16,393 bases of DNA, taken from a virus. Of the stretch, positions 6,614-12,698 are shown piece by piece. The notes under the pieces are model-generated. The model ran no database searches, was not told the DNA's origin, and worked only from the letters and a program-made list of their open reading frames with translations. The position numbers and the translations under genes are program-made. How positions within the stretch are numbered: position 1 is the first letter of the stretch; every line of letters begins with the position of its first letter. Where the stretch lies: IMG/VR virus record IMGVR_UViG_3300045988_045918, positions 1-16,393 of that record, one strand, 5' to 3'.

Positions 6614-7604
6614 TATCCAGGTTGCCTATAATTGGGCCATAGAAGTATGCAATGAACCGAATGTCGGATACTCTCAGCAGTATCGTAACCAGCGCACTGT
6701 TAACGGTATAACATACTATGATTGTTCATCATTCATATGGTATGCTCTACTAGCAGGAGGGTGGGACTTAGAAACTAAATACGGAACATGGCCCTTTACC
6801 ACATCAACCATGGCTAACATCCTTTTACAGGAAGGATTCACACGTTATGACCCATCTGTCCCATGGCTGAAAGGGGATATACTTCTCAGGTCTACCCACA
6901 CGGAAATGGCATTCGATGCGACAAGAACCATGGGCGCACATACCAGCACAGTTCCGTTAGACCAACAGGTGTCAATCAACGTAAATGATTCCCGTGGTAA
7001 CTGGTTGCACCTATACCGTTATGGACAGGGCGCAATCAGCGAGTGGATTAAAGGCAACCGTTATCTCGCAATAGGTGAGATGCAGAACAACGCTACCATC
7101 CAGTTTGCATACTTTATGGATAAGGGATGGACAGCAAACGCCGTGGCTGGAATGCTAGGCAACCAACAAGTGGAATCAACCCTAAACCCAGGCGTGTGGC
7201 AGAACCTTACACCGGGTACCGGGGGGTTTGGTTTAGTACAATGGACACCTTCAACCAACTACACCGATTGGGCTGACCAGCATGGTTACGCCCATGACGA
7301 TGGTAACGGTCAGATGGAGTGGATAGACACTGAGACCGTGCCATTCGGCCAATGGATACCTACATCACAATACCCGGAGACATTCGGTGAGTTCAAGGTA
7401 AGCACACAAACACCTGAATATCTTGCAGATTGTTTCCTGAAGAATTTTGAGCGTCCGTCTGAAATCGACCAACCGATAAGACAGGAATACGCAAGGTATT
7501 GGTATGACTGGTTTGAAGGTCATTATGTTCCACCGCCTAATCCACCGGGTGCGCCGGACTGGAGACATAGAATGCCATTGTACATGTATCTTAAAAAATT
7601 ATGA
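6606..7604 (+). CDS. Two-domain peptidoglycan hydrolase: N-terminal NlpC/P60- or CHAP-like Cys peptidase plus C-terminal phage tail-lysozyme-like domain. Probable virion-associated lysin (functional analogue of phi29 gp13).
   Basis: N-terminal YYDCSSFIWYAL (catalytic Cys context) with a downstream His (STHTEMAF). C-terminal AGMLGNQQVESTLNP...GGFGLVQWTP resembles the GNxxxES / G(L)xQWT pattern of phage tail lysozyme domains. ATG at 6606 follows GGAAGGA. The ATG at 6597 is an alternative start. The start overlaps the lysozyme stop (ATGGCTAA). Confidence 0.7.
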   Translation: MANIQVAYNWAIEVCNEPNVGYSQQYRNQRTVNGITYYDCSSFIWYALLAGGWDLETKYGTWPFTTSTMANILLQEGFTRYDPSVPWLKGDILLRSTHTEMAFDATRTMGAHTSTVPLDQQVSINVNDSRGNWLHLYRYGQGAISEWIKGNRYLAIGEMQNNATIQFAYFMDKGWTANAVAGMLGNQQVESTLNPGVWQNLTPGTGGFGLVQWTPSTNYTDWADQHGYAHDDGNGQMEWIDTETVPFGQWIPTSQYPETFGEFKVSTQTPEYLADCFLKNFERPSEIDQPIRQEYARYWYDWFEGHYVPPPNPPGAPDWRHRMPLYMYLKKL

Positions 7605-7621
7605 TGTTTCACGTGAAACAT
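7604..7621. repeat. Perfect 18-bp palindrome ATGTTTCAC|GTGAAACAT
   Basis: The two 9-nt halves are exactly complementary, centred on CACGTG. It overlaps the last base of the hydrolase stop codon and ends 2 nt before the scaffold-gene RBS (AAAGGAGG). Confidence 0.9.
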
Positions 7622-7636
7622 TGAAAGGAGGAAAGT

Positions 7637-7951
7637 ATGGCTGTATTAGACAGGGATAACTTTTTTAAACGCATCAGGGAACGACTTGGAGAGGATGATT
7701 CCGAGGAAGCCTTATCCTATCTCGAGGATATGACCGACACATGGGAGGACATGGAACGTAGGGCTAGCCGCGAGGGGGAGGAGAATTGGGAGGAGAAATA
7801 CAACAACCTCGATGCTGAGTGGCGCAAGCGTTATAGGGATAGGTTCTTTAACACTCCGGAAGGTGTAAAGGAGGACCAGGAAGAGGATGTTAAGGACGAT
7901 GGTAAAGTACGTAGCTTTGAAACATTATTTGAAGAAAGGGAGGGCGAGTAA
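7637..7951 (+). CDS. Putative scaffolding protein (phi29 gp7-like by size, charge and position)
   Basis: 104 aa, very acidic (E/D-rich) and apparently helical. It lies immediately upstream of the major capsid gene, as phi29 gp7 (98 aa) does. RBS AAAGGAGG. Confidence 0.6.
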   Translation: MAVLDRDNFFKRIRERLGEDDSEEALSYLEDMTDTWEDMERRASREGEENWEEKYNNLDAEWRKRYRDRFFNTPEGVKEDQEEDVKDDGKVRSFETLFEEREGE

Positions 7952-8467
7952 ATGCCTATTAAACCAGAGAAAGTCACAATGAACACCGTGACCGCAAATG
8001 CGGCACAGCAGTACAGGGCAGAAGCGACTAACGCAAACCTCGAGGGAGTAAGCAACATGAGGTTAGCAACAGCGCAGATTCTTAACACAATCAGGGACAA
8101 TGCATCTGCTAACTATAGGGATTACATCCCAGAAGCAGACCCCATCAGTCAGGCAAGCGTAAGGCAGATTGGTGGTATAATCATGAACTACCCGGCCTTA
8201 CAGAATGAGTTCCTTAACGCACTCATGAACCGTATCGGTCGTGTGCTGATAACTTCCAAGATGTTTTACAACCCATGGTCTGGTCTTAAGAAAGGCCTGC
8301 TTGAGTTTGGCGAGACAGTGGAAGAGATTTTTGTGAACATAGCAAAGCCTTTCCAGTTCGACCCGGCTGTAGCTGAGACTGATGTATTTAAGCGTGAAAT
8401 CCCGGACGTGCGTGCGGCTTTCCACATCCTTAACTATCAGAAGTTTTATAAAGCCAATCAGCAATGA
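7952..8467 (+). CDS. Major capsid protein (phi29 gp8-like), N-terminal frame segment
   Basis: ILNTIRDNASANYRDYIPEA, NEFLNALMNRIGRVLI, GETVEEIF, VFKREIPDVRAAFHILNYQKFY align with phi29 gp8 as recalled ([66 protein letters not shown]). The frame ends at TGA 8465-8467, where homologs continue. Confidence 0.9.
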   Translation: MPIKPEKVTMNTVTANAAQQYRAEATNANLEGVSNMRLATAQILNTIRDNASANYRDYIPEADPISQASVRQIGGIIMNYPALQNEFLNALMNRIGRVLITSKMFYNPWSGLKKGLLEFGETVEEIFVNIAKPFQFDPAVAETDVFKREIPDVRAAFHILNYQKFYKANQQ

Positions 8468-9404
8468 CCAGCTTAGACAGGCGTTCCTGTCATGGCAGGG
8501 AATCACAGACCTGATTGCAAAGATTGTTGACAGCATGTATACAGGTGCAAACTACGATGAGTTCCTGACCATGAAATACATGTTGGCCCGCAACATATTA
8601 CAGGGCCGTATGAACGTGACTGAGATTGCGCCCGTGACCGCAGAAAACGCAAAAACCATCGTTTCAACCATTAAGGGGATAAGCAACGTGTGGGAGTTCC
8701 CATCCACCAACTACAACCTGTCAGGCGTTACTACCCAGACAGAGAAGCGTGACCAGATTCTGCTGATTAACGCTAAGTTCGATGCACTGATGGACGTGGA
8801 AGTCCTTGCCGCCGCATTCAACATGGAAAAGGCAGAGTTCATGGGCAACCGGGTTCTAGTTGACAGCTTCGGTTCCCTTGATACAGCAAGGCTGGAAATC
8901 TTGTTTAAGGATGACCCTAACTTTGTTCCGATTAGTCAGGCAGAGTTACAGGCCCTTGACGCGATTCCTGTAGTTATGGTCGATAGGGATTGGTTCATGA
9001 TTTTTGACAACTTCTACAACTTTACCGAGAACTACAATGGACAGGGGTTGTACTGGAACTACTTCTACCACACCTGGAAAACGTTCAGCGTTTCACCGTT
9101 CGCAAACAACACCATTTATGTGGGAGGCGCACCGACCGTGACAAGCGTAACCGTTTCTCCAGCAACGGCCACAGTAGTTAAGGGGCAGAACATTAAGCTG
9201 ACAGCCGCAGTTGTTACAACCAACTTCGCGCCTAAGTCCGTTGTATGGTCATTAACAGGGGCTACTTCTGCTGACACACATATTGATATCTACGGAAATC
9301 TGTATGTTGCGGAAGATGAAACAGGAACAACGCTTACAATTACTGCAACATCTACTTTTGACAGCACTAAGGTTGGAACGGCAACCATCACAGTCTCTGC
9401 TTAA
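8382..9404 (+). CDS. Major capsid protein (phi29 gp8-like), C-terminal frame segment including a BIG2 Ig-like domain. Homology starts at about 8454.
   Basis: In the +1 frame relative to 7952..8467. [60 protein letters not shown] match phi29 gp8 ([54 protein letters not shown]). The C-terminal [20 protein letters not shown]...ITVSA is a BIG2-type domain. Residues encoded from 8382 to about 8453 are just the open frame, not homologous sequence. Confidence 0.9.
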   Translation: [340 protein letters not shown]

Positions 9405-9411
9405 CATCATT

Positions 9412-9431
9412 GCCCCTGGTTTTCCAGGGGC
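9412..9431 (+). promoter_or_regulatory. GC-rich stem-loop just after the capsid gene (RNA-stabilising or partial attenuator)
   Basis: GCCCCTGG-TTTT-CCAGGGGC: an 8-bp stem with a 4-nt loop and no U-tract. It lies 8 nt after the capsid stop and directly before the RBS of the next gene. Confidence 0.5.
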
Positions 9432-9445
9432 TTGGAGGTATCATC

Positions 9446-10960
9446 ATGTATGTAGCACCTAATAGTAATGTCAGGATACTTAGAAACGTACCACTTGACA
9501 ATACTTATAGGAACACGATATATTTTTCTACAGTGGCTAATCAGGCCGCTTACTTCACAACGCTGACTAAATTTAACAATCCAGCATTGTCATACGTAAA
9601 CCTTAATGAACCGATAATGATTGGAATTAATGCAGAACAATTGTATGATTGTAACTACATGATGTTTCAGAATGCATCCTTTGGCACAAAATGGTTCTAT
9701 GCTTTCATAACCTCAGTTAAGTACATCAATAATGAAACGTCTGAGATTACAATGGAAATTGATGTGATGCAGACATGGTTCTTTGACTATACTGTTAATC
9801 CATCATTCGTTGTTAGGGAACATTCGCTTACAGACGGAATTGGCGAAAATCTTGTGCCTGAGGACTTAGAGTTAGGAGAATACATCTACGATACGGCGTT
9901 CAGGACTGATTACATGAACGACTATGTTGTTGTAGTTGCCGCAACGGTTGACAGCACAGGACAGCCGGGAACAAGTACTGGAGGGTACGGAAACATATAT
10001 TCTGGATGCTGGTTACATGTATTTGACACGTTTCCAGCCGTTGCAGTGTTCCTTGATAAACTGGTAGCTGATAACAAAGGGGATGCGGTAGTATCAATAT
10101 TCATGATGCCGTCAAGCTTCACCACAATCATGGGTGCACCAGCTAAACACTACACGATTGAAAGGGATAAACAACGTGGAACCATAGACGGTTACACACC
10201 CAAGAACAACAAGTTATTCACGTATCCATATTGCTTCCTTTACGTGACTAATCTTATGGGTAATAGCGCAACCTATAAGTATGAATATTTTAACTCAGCC
10301 AATTGTGTGTTTGACTTTGCAATGGATATGTCACCTAACCCAACCGGGATGCTGACACCATTAGGTTACAAAAACGTGGGGGCTAACTACAACGAGTCAA
10401 TGACAATTAGCGGTTTCCCTCAGTGCTCATTCACCACTGACACATACCGTGCGTGGCTTGCGCAGAACGGTTCCAGCATGACCATTGACATGTTGGGAAG
10501 TGCAATGGCGGCTTCTGTAGGTGCAATTGCTGGAGGCCCTATCGGCGCAATAGGCGCAGTAGGGGGATTCACTAATGTGGCTAAAACACTTGCGCGTGTT
10601 AATGCAATATCAGCACAACCACCACAGTCACATGGTTCACAATCAAACACAGCACAGGTAGCATTTTCAATTAAGGACTTTTGGTTCCTAAACTATCACG
10701 TTAGGGCTGAGTTCGCTAAAATCATAGATGATTACTTCAATACCTACGGTTACGCGACTCATAGAGTTAAGGTTCCAAACCGTAGCCAAAGACCGCACTG
10801 GAATTACGTAAAGACTCAAAACTCCAATCTTACAGGTAGCGTTCCGGCAGAGGACATGGCTAAACTTAGGGGTATATATGACAACGGGATTACGTTCTGG
10901 AAGAACGGCTCAGAAGTAGGCAACTATGGATTGGATAACAGAGTGGGAGGAGGTGCATAA
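9446..10960 (+). CDS. Tail knob / distal tube protein (phi29 gp9-like), 504 aa
   Basis: MYVAPNSNVRILRNVPLDNTYRNTIYF, YMMFQNASFGTKWFYAFIT, IDVMQTWFFD, FVVREH, and C-terminal YGY..HRVKVPN....HWNYVKT, IYDNGITFW match phi29 gp9 as recalled ([92 protein letters not shown]). GGAGGT RBS before the ATG at 9446. The track start at 9410 is an upstream TTG that runs through the hairpin. Confidence 0.88.
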   Translation: MYVAPNSNVRILRNVPLDNTYRNTIYFSTVANQAAYFTTLTKFNNPALSYVNLNEPIMIGINAEQLYDCNYMMFQNASFGTKWFYAFITSVKYINNETSEITMEIDVMQTWFFDYTVNPSFVVREHSLTDGIGENLVPEDLELGEYIYDTAFRTDYMNDYVVVVAATVDSTGQPGTSTGGYGNIYSGCWLHVFDTFPAVAVFLDKLVADNKGDAVVSIFMMPSSFTTIMGAPAKHYTIERDKQRGTIDGYTPKNNKLFTYPYCFLYVTNLMGNSATYKYEYFNSANCVFDFAMDMSPNPTGMLTPLGYKNVGANYNESMTISGFPQCSFTTDTYRAWLAQNGSSMTIDMLGSAMAASVGAIAGGPIGAIGAVGGFTNVAKTLARVNAISAQPPQSHGSQSNTAQVAFSIKDFWFLNYHVRAEFAKIIDDYFNTYGYATHRVKVPNRSQRPHWNYVKTQNSNLTGSVPAEDMAKLRGIYDNGITFWKNGSEVGNYGLDNRVGGGA

Positions 10961-11868
10961 TGTCAAGAGGACGGAATAACGTAAACGGCCCAAAAGGAGA
11001 TAGGGAGTTCTGGAATGCAAAGAAGTGTAATGACTGGACGTTCATACAGTACTACAACCGATTGGTCGACCTATGCATATCTCAGTTTGAGTGGATAAAC
11101 TTACCAACAACCTGTGACAGACGATTCCTTGAACTTACACTTATGGCAGATGGCATGGCGGTGTTCTTTAGGGACGAAATCATGGGTTATCTATCATTGC
11201 AATGTATGATATCAGGGCCGTTGGATGTATACAGGATACCTATTTTGCGCAGGGCGTATGCAAGCAACGGGTATCAAATGCCGCTGGATAATCTTAACAG
11301 CGTGCTTATCTTTAACAACTCACTGCACACTAACAGTCAGTTAGATATAGAGATGTACGCTTGGAGATTGTACGAAGTACAAAGGGCAATTGACACCAAC
11401 ATCAAACTACAGAAAACGCCAAAGATTGTTAAGTGTTCTGAAAACCAGAGGTTGACAATCATTAACTTGTTTAAACAGTATGAGGGTAACTACCCGTTCA
11501 TATTCGCCGACAAGGCAATGGACTTGAAGGGCCTGGAATCAATTGACATAGCGGCACCTTATGTGGCTGATAAATTGATGGTTATCAAACAGCAGATTTG
11601 GGACGAAGCTATGACATATCTCGGAATAGCTAACACTAACACTTCAAAACGTGAAAGACTTAATACTTCTGAGATATCTGTAGGAATGGGTGATGTGGAA
11701 GCACAGAGGTATACAAGATTGATGGAAAGGGAGATAGCCGTTGAAAGAATTAACTCTATGTTTGGTCTTGACTTAGATGTTAAATACAAACAGGTAATAC
11801 CAACCCTGCCTGATAATCTTGAAGATGGCGAGGGAGAGGAAACTGATGAAAAGGAGGATGACGAATGA
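10960..11868 (+). CDS. Portal / upper collar connector protein (phi29 gp10-like)
   Basis: 302 aa, versus 309 aa for phi29 gp10. QFEWINLP, QKTPKIV, NQRLTIINLFKQYEGNYPFIFA, APYVADKL, WDEAMTYLGI.N.N.SKRERL match phi29 gp10 ([65 protein letters not shown]). TAATG stop/start overlap. RBS GGAGGAGGTG. Confidence 0.92.
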   Translation: MSRGRNNVNGPKGDREFWNAKKCNDWTFIQYYNRLVDLCISQFEWINLPTTCDRRFLELTLMADGMAVFFRDEIMGYLSLQCMISGPLDVYRIPILRRAYASNGYQMPLDNLNSVLIFNNSLHTNSQLDIEMYAWRLYEVQRAIDTNIKLQKTPKIVKCSENQRLTIINLFKQYEGNYPFIFADKAMDLKGLESIDIAAPYVADKLMVIKQQIWDEAMTYLGIANTNTSKRERLNTSEISVGMGDVEAQRYTRLMEREIAVERINSMFGLDLDVKYKQVIPTLPDNLEDGEGEETDEKEDDE

Positions 11869-12698
11869 GCGTATACACAACACAAGTAAGATTCATCTGT
11901 GAAGCAGAAGCCGGACTTAAGAAAAGCGTTGGTTATGATGATGTTGAAACAGTCATTCAGAACGCCATCCCTAAGATATTCAGTTTCGATTGGCCCATAT
12001 TTGATGAGAATTATAGAAACGTACTTGAGACAAAAATACTTAAGCATTACTACACTAGGGAGATTGGGTTAGAGACATACGGACTTTGGAAACTCAAACT
12101 TGACACTAAGCTTAATGAGATTATGCCATACTACAATCAGCTATACAAAAGTGCTTTACTTGACTTCAATCCGTTCTACGATGTTGACCTGACTAGGAAT
12201 CACACTGGTAAAAAGACAGGTACCGAAGCTTTGAAAGGTAATGTAGATGTTAATGGTCAGGTAATTGTTGACAACCATGGTAATGTCAATACGACCGACA
12301 ATACCACCGTAAACAATACCACAACGTCAGATAACTTGGATAAATATTCTGCAACACCGCAGGGTGGATTAGATAACTTAAGAAATGACAAGTATCTGAC
12401 TAATGCAAGAATGATTACAGATGCAAATAACAGCAACGGAACAACAAACGGAAAAACAGATACTAGCACGGACAGTACAACGGATACAACCACGAATACA
12501 ACAACCATCACGAACAATAACACAACCATAAACAATACTGAGGATTACTTGGAAACTGTTAAGGGAAAACAAGGCACTCAAAGTTACGCCGGATTACTAC
12601 TGGAATTTAGGGAAACTTTCCTTAATATCGACATGATGGTGATTGATGACCTGAGTGAATTGTTTATGAATATATGGACAGGAGGATATCCATTTTGA
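11865..12698 (+). CDS. Lower collar protein (phi29 gp11-like) with an internal Asn/Thr-rich low-complexity insert
   Basis: 277 aa, versus 293 aa for phi29 gp11. It sits in the gp11 position between the portal and the appendage/tailspike. The N-terminal VRFICE...PIFDENYRNVLETKILKHYYTREIG...IMPYYNQLY pattern is typical of picovirus lower collar proteins as I recall them. ATGA start/stop overlap. RBS AAGGAGGA. Confidence 0.7.
   Translation: MSVYTTQVRFICEAEAGLKKSVGYDDVETVIQNAIPKIFSFDWPIFDENYRNVLETKILKHYYTREIGLETYGLWKLKLDTKLNEIMPYYNQLYKSALLDFNPFYDVDLTRNHTGKKTGTEALKGNVDVNGQVIVDNHGNVNTTDNTTVNNTTTSDNLDKYSATPQGGLDNLRNDKYLTNARMITDANNSNGTTNGKTDTSTDSTTDTTTNTTTITNNNTTINNTEDYLETVKGKQGTQSYAGLLLEFRETFLNIDMMVIDDLSELFMNIWTGGYPF
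12290..12545 (+). repeat. Low-complexity A/C-rich coding tract (Asn/Thr/Asp-rich) inside the lower collar gene
   Basis: Translated as TTDNTTVNNTTTSDN...NNSNGTTNGKTDTSTDSTTDTTTNTTTITNNNTTINNTED. The nucleotide level shows iterated ACAAC/ACGAC/AATAC units with no fixed period. Confidence 0.8.

Noticed and set aside
8459-8470. prfB-style programmed +1 frameshift at CAA-TGA-C at the end of the first capsid frame
   Set aside because: Reading CAA then skipping T gives ...FYKANQQDQLRQAF, which also aligns tolerably with phi29 gp8. However, CAA cannot re-pair in the +1 frame (AAT), and there is no SD-like stimulator a few nt upstream as there is in prfB. It is kept only as a minor alternative within the capsid frameshift finding.
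9495-9524. Promoter-like TTGACA-18-TATATT inside the tail knob gene
   Set aside because: It lies 50 nt inside a well-supported CDS, has suboptimal spacing and -10, and no downstream gene start needs it. It is most likely a chance match in AT-rich sequence.
11559-12047. 162-aa minus-strand ORF spanning the portal/lower collar junction
   Set aside because: There is no SD upstream of its ATG. Its poly-Ser stretch (SSSSFSSVSSPSPSS) is simply the antisense of the acidic portal C-terminus. Both sense genes are well supported.
230-12581. Numerous 60-112 aa antisense ORFs in the track: 230..415, 2383..2601, 2865..3167, 4033..4260, 5831..6037, 5941..6129, 7061..7258, 7365..7568, 7831..8100, 8198..8536, 9900..10131, 10420..10650, 12257..12581, and the ITR mirror 15979..16164
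   Set aside because: All lie antisense within genes that have clear homology or strong RBSs. None has a convincing SD sequence or promoter. Their low-complexity Cys/Ser/Pro/Val-rich products are what reverse-frame translation is expected to give.
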